DNA of 54,878 bases, counting the filler, from Squatina squatina (lineage: Eukaryota), in the NCBI GenBank assembly GCA_031763465.1. It is 3 parts of 3 records of this genome, joined end to end, with 100 filler letters (N's around TTAATTAATTAA, not from the genome) between each part and the next. Parts side by side here need not be neighbours in the genome. Positions count along the whole stretch, not along the records: positions 24,738 to 42,497 come from JARFOE010000100.1; 2 more parts are not named here. The stretch is one strand, 5' to 3'. Of this stretch, positions 24,638 to 37,362 are shown in pieces. The stretch's first letter is position 1. Each line of letters starts with the position of its first letter. The position numbers and the translations under genes are program-made. The notes under the pieces were generated by a model. That model did no database searches. It was not told where the DNA came from and saw nothing but the letters and a program-made list of their open reading frames with translations.

Positions 24638-24737
24638 NNNNNNNNNNNNNNNNNNNNNNNNNNNNNNNNNNNNNNNNNNNNTTAATTAATTAANNNNNNN
24701 NNNNNNNNNNNNNNNNNNNNNNNNNNNNNNNNNNNNN
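24638..24737. other. Artificial contig linker (44 N + TTAATTAATTAA + 44 N)
   Basis: Exactly 100 nt; the 12-mer places stop codons in all six frames; identical linker at 42498-42597. Confidence 0.95.
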
Positions 24738-27700
24738 CATGAGGCCCTTTAAGGGCTGAGATAGGCTTGCAAGTCATTGAGGCAAATCGACTAATTCAAA
24801 GAATTGGGCCCATGAAGATGTTGACACCCATTTAACGCTGCACCTAAACCTCATTGTGCAGATTTCTAGCTCAAAATAAACACCGCCTGAAAAACAAATT
24901 GCAAAGAGACGAATTTCCCAGCATAATTTCTGAGCGCTAAACGAGCGCAAAAAGCACATTTACTTGTTAGTAGTGTGGCGCAAGCCAATTAGGCCCTCTA
25001 TGACTTTATGCTGAGCCCAGGGGGCAAAAGTTTCATTTTTAGTTGAGTGTTTCATATTATATTAATACAGTGCAGGTTCAAATGCTCAGGTGGACTGACA
25101 AAGTATTCGTGCCATGTTATCTGCTTCCTGACTTTTAGATGGGTGAAATATTTAGCCAGAAGATAGTTAGGCACATAATACAAGGCTAGTGGACAGAGTT
25201 TAAACAGGACAAGTGTCATAAACAAAAATGGAAATTTCTAGAAATACACAGCACTTCAGCCAACATCTGTTCGAAGTTCAGGTGTAATCATTTGTCAGAA
25301 CAGATTTAATCTCATCATACAGCTTAATGTGAAGAAAGACATTAAAGCAGGCATACTGCAAATGTATGGTAATTGGTTGAATCTAAACTCTGGTTTGAAT
25401 TTTAGTTTACAGATTTGTTTTTGATTTCCTCTGGGTTTATCCATATAATTAGAAAATCCCCATGACTGGTACTGTTTACTGGTAATGCTCAGAACCTGTG
25501 ACTGTTTTCTATAAACAAAGGATCTTCCATCTGTCTACAATGTGGTTAATGACCTGTAAATCAAAATGTTATGGCTCATTGTCCTTTTCTTAACTGGAGC
25601 CATTAGCCTTTAAAATTGTGGTGCATGATAGAAATAGTTGGCTACAATTGTAAACTTGGAACTCAGCTTATTCAGAGNNNNNNNNNNNNNNNNNNNNNNN
25701 NNNNNNNNNNNNNNNNNNNNNNNNNNNNNNNNNNNNNNNNNNNNNNNNNNNNNNNNNNNNNNNNNNNNNNNNNNNNNGAAAGAGATCAAACTGGGCTTTC
25801 TGTTGAACAATCGCTAATACTGTTTTTTGTAAAAGCACTGCTTTTAAATTTGAGTCAGAAAATTTCTAAAGGGATGGTTTTCATAATTGAAAAATCAGAA
25901 AGTTTGTAGTTATTCTCTGTTTCAAGTGTTGTTTTAAAAATTAAACCTATATATACATTTTCAAATGGAAGTTGTCATTTTCAGGAAGTGCACATTAGGA
26001 TCGAGTAAGAATTAAAAATAGTTGGTTTGCTTAATGATGATTTCATAAATAATATTGAATTAATTAATGGGATAATAGGGAAAGTCTAATTACATTTTGT
26101 TTGAGGGAATGATTTCACAACTCAACAAAGTTGCGAATAATCTACATAGAGGAACCTCATCGGTAAAATAAATTGAAAGCAACATACTAATAGTGCCATG
26201 TGGATTTTACACTGCAGGTGAGCTAGAACTAATGAACGGGTTTCCTGTTTTGCACTCATGCTGGTACATTAAATTACCAACAGGAGGAATTGCACCCTGA
26301 AGCAATCCTTTCAAACTCAGTTCCAGTGGGAGCCTCATACTTTCAATGAGTTTGGTATGCAGTGCATGGTGAAGCAGAAAGCCACTCTGAAATGAAGTCA
26401 GTCACATTTGGAATTGGGAGTAATTGAAATAACAGAAGAATTCTTGCAGAATTCATTTTAAATCTGCAAGCTCCAAAGTAGTATTTTGTAGGTAAAGGGC
26501 ATAGTTTTCTATTAAAATAGGCCAGGTAGTACTGATGTGTGCATTACACTTCAGCTTCTTTTTGATTTTGGTTTCCTTTATATATATTTTGCTTGGGTCT
26601 GTTTGCTGGGAGTTGTTCATGAATGAGGCNNNNNNNNNNNNNNNNNNNNNNNNNNNNNNNNNNNNNNNNNNNNNNNNNNNNNNNNNNNNNNNNNNNNNNN
26701 NNNNNNNNNNNNNNNNNNNNNNNNNNNNNGGCAGCCATTTTGGACGCTGCGCCTTCCGATGACGTCATGGTCGACGGCTAGCGCCCGACGGTAAGTTTCT
26801 GGCGCTGCAGGCGTAGCGCCCATTTATTGCCAGCGTTGGCCCAATGCCAATTCTTCAGTGCAGCTCATTAGTGCTGAGGGACCAATTGGGTGCCCCAGAT
26901 CTCTTACACCTCACTCCCCCCTGCCCACCCCCTCGCCCACCATGAAGATAAATCTTGCAATGGTCTTCAGGATTTCTTATCCTCGTGCACAACTGTATAC
27001 CTACAACTTAATCGATGACATGTTTGTGCCCCAGTGCGCTCTCAGTGTAACTACATGCCATCAGCATATACCGAGGGCCATTTTTAAGTTGTTACCTCTT
27101 TGGGTGCCATGTTAACTTTTGTGAAGCTGTTAGTGTTCTGGGTTGGCAATTTTGAGAATGGCAAGACTGAGATGGAAAAGTTATCCAAAGGAAACTCACA
27201 TCTCCCAGACGTTTGCCTGAACTTATAAAGAATATTGAAAAAATTGCTTGGAAATTTGTTCAAGACTATTGAACACTCCTGGAACTCAGATGCCATTCCT
27301 GAACTGCTTTAGCTATGCTTTCACAGCTTATAATATCATTCAAAGCACTGAAGTGTGCTACAACCTTGTAACACATTCCCAGCCATCTGTTATTTTCTAC
27401 ATAATATACGCAACACTAACTTGGTGTCTCATTGCAAAAAGGAAGCTTGCAACAGCCAAGCACCAGTGAGGTGCTACTCCATCATACCTTCTGCAAAAAA
27501 GTTATCGAATGGGTTCATTTACATTATCAGATCCCACAGCTCAATGAACTTAAAACAGCTGTAACTTTTAGCAGGCCAATGTGATTTTGTAGCTTTCACA
27601 AATACTAATTGAATTTGTATATTCATGAGAAAGCCTTATCATTTTGAAATCAGCCAGTTAAAAGGAAGTTGATCAAATTTGACACTGTGTTCATGTTATT

Positions 27701-29151
27701 TATAATTTTTGTTGATTTTTTAACCTATGTTCAAACAATGCCTGGATGACTTGAAGACATCACTGAACCCAGTGATAGAAGGTAAAAGAATTAACATGCT
27801 CATATGGAAGTTCAAGCACTCTTGTTTTTACAACAGAGGGACAGGATTACCAATTGCTCAGACTAAACAGTGTCAAACACGAGGGTCAATCCTTCAAGTA
27901 TCTCTTCAATTAAGGCTGGCAGTTCCTTTAAGAGGGATTAAAGTCAGTAATGGGGGAAGTTTAGCTAAAAATTAGAGTTTCAGTCAGTTGTTGGGCTGCT
28001 TGCAACATCTACAGCCATTGATGCAACAAACCTTCAAACATTGTAGGCAGAATAGTCTTAGATCAAAGATGCATCTATGGTGATATCTACCTGAGTTACA
28101 CAACCTTGCAAATATCAGCAGCAGACATCCATGAAAATGATCAAATGCTTTGTTTGCCTTGACATAAACATCAGAGAATATTGCTGAATGCTCCATCATC
28201 CTTACATAACAGACTGCACATCCAGTTGTGGATGCCATTCTTTCCTCCAGAAGTACTGTAACCATAAGGAGTTTTCAGAATCATAAAAACACCTTCACCG
28301 GAATGGAAATATGTTTAGTCATTTTCCTGTCGAACATGGAAATTCATGAGGAGCTTGTGCAGAACTGCAAGAAATTAAAAAGCACTGGCGGATTATTTTA
28401 AGCGTGCAACTCCAAGGATTTCATGGAGAACACACTTCTCACCTCCATCCCTGCAACAAGCCACAATATAAATTCACAAGTCACTGAACTGTTCAGCAAA
28501 GACTTTGCAGCCTCGGAGTACGCCACTGACAATACTGGTTTGCCAGGAAAATGATTTGAGCAAATGATTACTTGAACACGTGACAGAAATGTTTTTTTTA
28601 CTGGAGTCCTCAATGGACCCATGCATTTTTTAATTCACTAAATTCAATTGCTAGCATTGGATTGAATGCAAGTTGCGATACAAATGAGTTACAGGTCCAG
28701 CAGAGCAGCATTGACAATACTGGTGTAAGTCTCTCTGTGTTTTCTTGCCTATAAAATGTTTGGTGCCATGCTGTTACATTATTAAAAACGGAGTGAATAA
28801 TGAAACAGGAACAGTGTAAACACTGTAATAGTTTCAGGCTTACAGAGTGCAGAAGTAAACACGCTGAAAGGGAAATAAATATGGGACTGTTCAGACGGTG
28901 TATAGATTGCATAAGTGGACTAGATTTCACTTTTGAAATGGATAGCTGATCTCAGCCAGGATGCTGACAAGAGCAGTTCTGGGTGCTCCAGGCCAGTGGT
29001 TTCAAACTCTTTTGGTTGAAGGGCCTGTTTTAAATGGATTAGTACTCACAGNNNNNNNNNNNNNNNNNNNNNNNNNNNNNNNNNNNNNNNNNNNNNNNNN
29101 NNNNNNNNNNNNNNNNNNNNNNNNNNNNNNNNNNNNNNNNNNNNNNNNNNN

Positions 29152-29947
29152 CCGCCCTAAATGTTTCACACTGCTGTTCTATATCAGTGTTTGCCAATAT
29201 TGTTGTCCATTTTATTTTCCCAAGTTCGATTCCCAGCCCCTCAAAATCAGCATTTCTCCAATCTATTACTCTGGTTTTCATCATACTTATGTCCTTCTCA
29301 ATTATTATCTTAAAAGCGTATTATATTATGGTACTATTGCCTAGATGTTCCCCCACTTTTACCTGCTCTGGTTCATTCCCCATTACTAGATCCAATATCA
29401 AATCCTCCCTTGTTGGGCTTCTTACATACTGGGTTAGAAAGGAGTCCTGTACACATTGTAAGAACTCCATTCCCATTTCCCCTTTGCTCTTCTGGCCAAT
29501 TAATATTGGGGTAGTTGAAATCCTTCATGATTCTGTTTATTACTCATTTTCCTAATTTGTCTGCATATTTCTTCCTCCACCTCCCTTCCGCTATTAGGTG
29601 ATCTGTAGACTACACATTAGTGTGATTGATCCTTTATTATCTTTTATGTCTATCCACATGGATTCCATTTCTGTTTCTACTGCCATTATGTGATCCCGAA
29701 TAAGTCCGGCTACTTCACCTCCCCCTTTTCCCTCTCTATCTTTTATAGATATGTTATACCCTGCAATGTTCAATTCCAAGTACTGATTTTCCTGTAACCA
29801 TGTCTCAGTAATCCCGACTGTGCCTGGTTCCCGGCAACGTATTATTGCCTCCAGTTCCCGTCTTTTGTTACGAACACTGAGTGCATTGCTGTACAGATAG
29901 TTTAAAACATTTTTAATAGATATTCCTCTCACTTTATTTTTAACCAT
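29152..29947 (-). mobile_element. CR1 LINE ORF2 N-terminal APE endonuclease region, degraded
   Basis: YLYSNALSVRNK...VGITETWL...IAGYNISIKDR..KGGGEVA...ESMWID; downstream DFNYPNINW and ADFEGL motifs of CR1 ORF2. Confidence 0.9.
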
Positions 29948-30084
29948 CTTTGTACACTCCTATTCTATAAATATATTTATTCCCTGACCATCAGTGTTCT
30001 CCTTTCCGGTTTATATTTAGGCTGGCTTCGTTACTTGTGGCTGCACTGGGGCCACAGTTTTGCACCATAAACACACACACGAAC

Positions 30085-30245
30085 AAATGACTTGGATGAA
30101 GGAATACAGAGTTATATATTCAAGTTTGCAGATAACACTAAGTTAGGAGACACAGTGAGTTGTGTGGATGGGAGCAGGAAGTCACAAGGGACAGAACAGA
30201 CGACGTGAGTGTACACCACTATGGCAGATCGAGTTCCATGTGCGG
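30085..30245 (+). mobile_element. CR1 RT fragment in opposite orientation
   Basis: NDLDEGIQSYIFKFADNTKLG...WQIEF. Confidence 0.85.
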
Positions 30246-30438
30246 ANNNNNNNNNNNNNNNNNNNNNNNNNNNNNNNNNNNNNNNNNNNNNNNNNNNNNN
30301 NNNNNNNNNNNNNNNNNNNNNNNNNNNNNNNNNNNNNNNNNNNNNNNNNNNNNNNNNNNNNNNNNNNNNNNNNNNNNNNNNNNNNNNNNNNNNNNNNNNN
30401 NNNNNNNNNNNNNNNNNNNNNNNNNNNNNNNNNNNNNN

Positions 30439-31400
30439 GGCTGACATTCCAATGTTCTTTGTCCTTATCCTCACAGGTAGCAAGTAATTGTACCTGTTGG
30501 ACAGGATCAGTTTCTGCGGATCCTCATTCTCTATCTCACCTGAGTTCCCCTTACTCTGCACACTATCGGTCACACCAACCCCACTCTGAGCCTGCACCTC
30601 TCTACGAGGTGTTCCTGATGTCTGGAGCAAACTGTCCAGATACTCCTCCCCCTCCCTTGTGTGTTGAAGTGTCACCAACTCGTACTCTAGCTCAATGNNN
30701 NNNNNNNGTCCTCACAGGCTGCGAGTACATTGTACCTGTTGGACAGGACCAATGTCTGCGGGACCTCCTTCTCAACCTCCTAAATCCCCACTATCTGGCT
30801 CCTAACAGTCACACACTCCCTTTCCTGACTATATTCTGGATAAAACTGTCCAGAAATTCTTCCCCCTCCCTTACGTGTCAGATTGTCCCCAACTCGCACT
30901 TCAACTCAATGACTCTGAGCTGGAGAGATTCGAGATGGAGACATCTCCTGCAAACGTGTTCACTCTGGACAGTCTCGCTGTCCACAAGCTCCCACATACT
31001 GTAGTCCTCTGCAGGTCTCAGTCCAGAATTCCATTATTTATATCTACTTTGTAGAGTGTTGTCTTTTTTTTTCTTTTTCTACACACAACCTTGCACGAAG
31101 CACGAAAACACTGAAAGCAATTTTAAATGCCTCTTTATTAGACTACTATCTAAACTTACCAGAAAAAAACTTAATATTGTCCCTGATCTGATCTGGAGAA
31201 AAATAAACACTCACCAGCTACTCACCAATAAGCTCCTTCTCTTGTCCTGTCATCACTTTAGGTGTTTTTTACCTCTCCCTGATGCTCATGCTTTATATCT
31301 TGCTCAGCTCCCACTGCTTCTGGTCTCGGGCCTCCTCTGCCACCGTGCTTTATATCCCGCTCCGCTCTCACTCAGCTCCCACTCCGTCTCGTCATAAAGA
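30439..31400 (-). mobile_element. CR1 5' UTR and ORF1 N-terminus (zinc finger/leucine zipper), module present twice
   Basis: MWELVDSETVQSEHVCRRCLHLESLQLRVIEL..EL..I.HVREGEEFLDSF, then a second IELEYELVTLQHTREGEEYLDSLLQ...LSNRY; short direct repeats (gctttatatc...gctcagctcccact) in the 5' UTR. Confidence 0.8.
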
Positions 31401-31758
31401 TTTTGGTGGCCGGTAACACGGTGGTTTGGAGCCGGGAGCTGGAATTTTCAAATTTTATCCCTTCCCATGCACCTTTCTCATTGGGCAGGGGTTAAAATCC
31501 CGGCCAATATTTTTAATCGACAGAAAACAGTACTGTTTCTCTATAAGATAAATCCCCACCATCTCTCCGAGATAAGGGTTTGCTTTGGAGTTAAATTTCC
31601 AGATTTACGGTTGTTCAATGTTAGACAGGAGTCCAGCAGACTGCCAATATTCCAAATGNNNNNNNNNNNNNNNNNNNNNNNNNNNNNNNNNNNNNNNNNN
31701 NNNNNNNNNNNNNNNNNNNNNNNNNNNNNNNNNNNNNNNNNNNNNNNNNNNNNNNNNN

Positions 31759-31973
31759 GTATTCTGAGAATACTTCTACCTCCAAATAACTGAGAAGCAG
31801 TGTATTAGAAGGCTTTGCTTCAGCAAGGAGGTGGTCACAGAACTCTGCCACTTCCTGCAACCAGACCTCCAGCCTCAGTTCAGGGCGACCATAGCTCTCT
31901 CAGTGGCAGTCAAGGTCACCGTCGCCCTCAATTTCTTTGCCAGCAGATCATTCCAGTTTGAAACAGGAGAATA
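31759..31973 (+). mobile_element. PIF/Harbinger transposase N-terminal fragment
   Basis: TEKQCIRRLCFSKEVVTELCHFLQPDLQP..RATIALSVAVKVTVALNFFASRSFQ, the typical HARBI1-like HTH region. Confidence 0.88.
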
Positions 31974-34900
31974 GTAAATGTATTGTAAGCAAGAAATGAA
32001 ACTATGATCTATATCATTCGTAATATTGATTCATTGAAGTTCAACAAACAAATTAACCTGACACAACTTGATGCGGAATAGCTCTGTCACTTGTACTTCG
32101 AAACGGGTATTAATTGTCTCCTGTAGAATGAACCTTGCCTTACTGTGCCTGGGTTTGTCGGTGCAATAACCCATATTAGGGACATGCAACTTGAGTTATG
32201 AAGGGAGAATTCTTCGAGATTCACTGTGCCCATCTATGAGTAGCTATAAAGTTACAGAAAGAAAACCATATAAAATCTTAATTGAACATAATATTTTTGC
32301 ATCTTGATGCCTTTAATTAATATTCCATTTGAAACAAGACTCAGCAATTAGATAATGAATAACACTCATCAACCCATTCATTTAATAATATAATGGTTAT
32401 TATTTATCTTTTATAACATACATAATAGGTCTTTTGTTGTGCCAACCAGGCCATCATTACACATGGGATTTTTCATCCGGCTGATTAATGTTTTTCTATA
32501 GCTTTTATTATACGAATAGCAGCAGGTAATGCATTATCTCGAAACGCTTGATAAATGGTGCAATTAATTTGATGCTTTGTTTTCTCGTCAGATCATAAAG
32601 GTGTTTACAGTTTTAGGTTAATTTGGTACAGCCATTGTTCGTTGTTATTAATGTTGTTGGAATTAGCTGAACAGGATTTCCCTGTGTCATAATCTTGAAG
32701 TATTAGCTCCGGGGCAGTTGTATGCTATGAATTGAGGGACTTGATGAATATTTATCAACTTACACTGTAACTAAAGTGCCTCTCATTTTGAATAGCTTGN
32801 NNNNNNNNNNNNNNNNNNNNNNNNNNNNNNNNNNNNNNNNNNNNNNNNNNNNNNNNNNNNNNNNNNNNNNNNNNNNNNNNNNNNNNNNNNNNNNNNNNNG
32901 GTTGTCGGCGAGTTGCTGGATCTCCTGTGCTCTTTCCACCCAGCATCTAGTCTTTATGTCCCGGGTTTTTTGTTGGACCTCGGCCTTCGTTTGTCTGTAG
33001 ACCTGTTTTCTTTCCCTCGAGCTTGGGTGGTGCTTTCAAGAACACCACATATTCCGCAGCCTTGCTCGAGGATGTTAATTGTAATTCTGCGCCTCTTTGG
33101 CACCATAGCTGAAATTAGCTAACTCAGTACAGATTAAGGATCAAGTTGGTACCTTCCTTGCTTTTATGGCCCGATAATACACCAGGAGGTATATTTATTC
33201 TGTGAACCATTTAGGGAGCTTCCCATATTTTGCACATTCTCATGCTGACATCCAGATAATGTTTCTGACATCAATAACGTCATTGTGGAAACGTGTCCTT
33301 AATACGAAGACAGCCCGTGCACGTTTTTCAGCCTTTTCATTCTGCACTTGTTGGGAGATTTAGTGAGAGAAAGTGGAGGGATTTCTAATGGCTAGAAAGG
33401 CAACCATTTACAAATCTGTGTCTTTGTCCTATGTCAGCTGTCTTTAATTAATGTCATGCTCTTTTTCACAGATGATGGATGATCCAGAGCCAGAACACTG
33501 ATACCTCTGCACAAGAACATTGTATTTGCATTCACACTGCCTCAACAATAGTTACAGAGTGCATATTTGGCATTTTAAAAATTAGATTTTGATGCTTGGG
33601 GAATGGATCACAATTTAGCTTTAGGGAAAGTCTACACATAATTTGTTGATTGCTGCTTCCCGTACAAAATGCAGCACTTAATGGCACTATAGTCAACTTG
33701 ACNNNNNNNNNNNNNNNNNNNNNNNNNNNNNNNNNNNNNNNNNNNNNNNNNNNNNNNNNNNNNNNNNNNNNNNNNNNNNNNNNNNNNNNNNNNNNNNNNN
33801 NNTCCTATTGCCAGCAGAGCTGCAGTCTGTGATTCCATGGAGGTGGAGGAGCGGATTGGTCCCTGGCCGCTCCTTAGGTGTGGTCGGCTGCAGATTCAAA
33901 TGAAGCTGCCATCTGCTCCAATAATGTCCGCAACAATGTAAAAGCTTCGCTGATTTTTGCTGCAAATGAGAGCTGTAGAATCAAGAGTCACACCTATCAG
34001 TTGCTACACATTCTCCCAGACTGACCCCAGGAATGATTCAAGAAATATATTTGTAAAAAGGGTAAATTCAGTGACCTTCTATTCCCAGTGGGGAGTTGTA
34101 CTCAAAGGGAGGTGAGTCAAAGATTAGAGCTCCATCCCTATAATCCTCATTCTCCAACTTGCACTCCCTTCATGCTTGTCTCTCCACTGGGAGCCTGGAA
34201 TACGTGACTTGCCCCTCAAAAGTCAAATGCTGAACTTATGAAGCAAAATTGCAAGAGCTGCAAGAGCCACAAGTCACTTTCTTATCAATATGATTCTATG
34301 AATGAAATTGTGTGAAATGTATGGCGCAAAATGCTTCCACAGTCTTAACGTGTTAAGGATTGGAAATGTTCATAACAAGCTTTCAGCATTGATTGTGTGC
34401 AACTGATCCAAGATTTACCAGGCTCCATATTTACTGTCTGTTGACATGTAGTTATACAGTGACATGAGAGATTGCCCACTATTTATTGCCAGCGGTTTTT
34501 CCTGGTTCAGTTGCTCATCGGCAGAAGAGTCTGATTGCTCTGCTGCGCAGTCCATGGCTCCCTGCTAATGGATATTAGGGTGCTGCTGCTCACATAATAN
34601 NNNNNNNNNTAGCAGCTTTCTGTTCAGCTACTTATTATCTCATGTACAGTTAAAAAGAGAGGTCAAGGCCTTGGAAATTAAGACTGTCTATTCTGGCTTA
34701 GATTTATTGATCAATTGCTCATGTACTTGGATTTCTACAGAGAAATTTAGTTATCACTTAAGGTATCAGTTCGCAGGAAAAATGAAATGATCATATTTTA
34801 TGAATTTTTATTTCTATATTTGAAGTTCCACAATATCTTCCTTTCTTGATGGACTGTGAAGCAATTGAATGATTTGGTGTAAAGCTATATCTGGCAGGGC

Positions 34901-36342
34901 AAAGATAGATTTCTTTTCCATTATCCTGAACGAGAAACATCAAATCAAATCCATTAGGAATAGTGCCTGAAATATTAACTTTGTTTCACAGGACAGGACG
35001 ACAGCCAGAGNNNNNNNNNNNNNNNNNNNNNNNNNNNNNNNNNNNNNNNNNNNNNNNNNNNNNNNNNNNNNNNNNNNNNNNNNNNNNNNNNNNNNNNNNN
35101 NNNNNNNNNNGCACATTGTTTTCTATGTACTCACATTTGCAAAATGTTGCTGAACATTTGTATAATCACAATTGGTAGCAATAAAAGGATACTGATTTGA
35201 CGCAAGAAAAATTCACAAGAGTGCATTAGCATTGTCTTTCTGCTGTCATGAGCTAATAGAAGTATTTTGAGAATTAATCTTTTTAAAAGACTACAGCCTT
35301 TCAGCACCTAATAACTTTAATTAGACGAGGCTTTGCTGGATCCAAGCAGTTCTCTTATGGAAGACTTTTCATGAATAATAATAAAGGTACAGCATTATAA
35401 AGAATGCTTCAATGTGTTTGTGTCAACTTTTAATTCAGAATATACATGAAAAAAATTATTGGTACATTTTGGAGAAGATATTTATCAGCAGTAAGCTCCA
35501 GGTAGTCTGTCATTCTATTTAGTATTACCATATAATACGAGATTCATAAAGATAATACATAAATAATTCAATTATATACAATGTGTAAAGAATCAGAGGT
35601 AACCTTTTGAAAACTAAATATAAGTAGTAGATGTTAAAAAAGTTTTTTTAATCATTATAACATGAGAGAAAATACTATAAAGTTATACTTTTGAATCTCA
35701 TAATAGTAAATTTAGAGAAGTGTGTGGAATTATAAGATATTTCTTAATTCACAATATTTTCCTAATAGATCATATGCATATTTCTACTCTAGTCCTCAAA
35801 TTGATATCTCATCTAGCAGAAGATGCTAAAATGCACCTCTGGTCAGTCAGTATCTGAAAGAGACAGGTTAACATTGTGGCTTGGATGCTTCAGAAATAAT
35901 TTCCAGCATTTCAGATACAGTTTCTCTTTTTCATCCAAATGCCAAATAACATTTATAAAAGACTGCCTGCATATGCGATAACATCTTTTAATCAGTGTCT
36001 GATTGGTATCTTAAAATCAATTGACTGGAAAGTAGCCCCATGTTAACAAATAGTTTTGGCTGCTGACTGCTAAATCACCTTCAGTGGACAGAAGCGAAGT
36101 ACAGAAGATGATTACCCTCTGATTTTACACAGTTTGAAGTGTTGCCTGCTGCTGTACTCACAGCATAAACTGTAACTTTAGCCCAAGGGTATGACAAATA
36201 GGAACTGCAGATTTCATTTTATTTTTGCAGGAAAGTGCTGTTTCTTTTCCATTACAACAGGATTTCTATTTTTGACCCAGGTTGGCCAGGTTTCCCGGGC
36301 CTCAGGAAATCCGGCAGGTAAAAGGAGGCAAGAAGGGCTGGA

Positions 36343-36428
36343 TCATAAGAATATAAGAAATAGGAGCAGGAATAGGCCATTCGGCCCCTCGAGCCTGCTC
36401 CACCATTCAATAAGATCAGGGCTGATCT
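36343..36428 (-). mobile_element. CR1/SINE 3' tail
   Basis: cataagaatataagaaataggagcaggaataggccattcggcccctcgagcctgctcc. Confidence 0.8.
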
Positions 36429-37134
36429 CCTACAATCCACAGGCTGTAGGGTGGGAAATCTGGAGAAAAGAAATTAAAACAAGTGTTGGGCTCCCTGTCC
36501 ATAACTCCTCCCCCCGCTCTGAGCACATGCCTCAGTAAATATCGGGGCCAACATGGTTACAATGTTGCTGCGCATAAAAGTGAATTAACCAATCCCATGC
36601 GGGGAGCCATGCTTGCAGGGAATGCGGATCACAGAATCGGTGCTTTCGTCCCAAGGCCTTATCTCCATCCGATGCTGCCTTTGAATTTGGCTTCCCGCTG
36701 GGGACGCGGGATCTGGATTTGCCTTATAGTGGCCATAGGAATTGTTACCACAGCGTCACACACAGGAACTGAGCTGTCATTTATTGGTATCAATACGGCA
36801 CATTAAAAAACACACTTAAGAAAATAGTGGAGACTTTGTTATCCTAGTGGGAAGCCAAGGTTTCACAAAAAGCCTGTCTGAGTCTACAGTTGTCCCTGTG
36901 ATTGTGGATCATGCGATCAACTCTAATATTTACCTCTAGTGTTTATGAAACACTTCCTACGCCAAATGGGTGTCCCGATGCAGTTTGGTGGATTGACGCA
37001 ACTCACTATCAGGCTGCCCTGGCTCCCAGCAAGGTAAGTACAGGTGGGGCGGGGAGGGTGGGGGCAAGGGGGGCTGTTGCGACCCCAGGGGGTGGGGGTC
37101 CCAGAGCGACAGTAGCCCAGATTACTTTTTTGGA

Positions 37135-37362
37135 TCTCGCACATGAAGGCCAGACCAGGTAAGGACAGCAAGATTCCTTCCCTAAAGGACAATGGTGGAC
37201 CAGTTTGGTTTTTACAACAATCCAACAGCTTCTTGGTCACTGATTTACTGAGGTCAGTTTTTTATTTCCACGTTTAAAAAAATAAGTTAAAATTTTCAAA
37301 CTGCCATTGAAATTAATTGCTTTGGATTACTAATCCAGTATCACGATCACTATGCTACCATT
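37135..37362 (-). mobile_element. tRNA-derived SINE copy (family of 48993-49292)
   Basis: ggccagaccaggtaaggac...ttccttccctaaaggac...ttttacaacaatcc is shared with 49058-49140. Confidence 0.8.

Noticed and set aside
27727-28800. Possible very old Helitron/PIF1 helicase relic (RGTG, ATSTAIDAT, DASM, LPIK fragments)
   Set aside because: Matches are short, spread over many frames and lack an intact Walker A or DE motif; indistinguishable from chance without a frameshift-aware HMM search.
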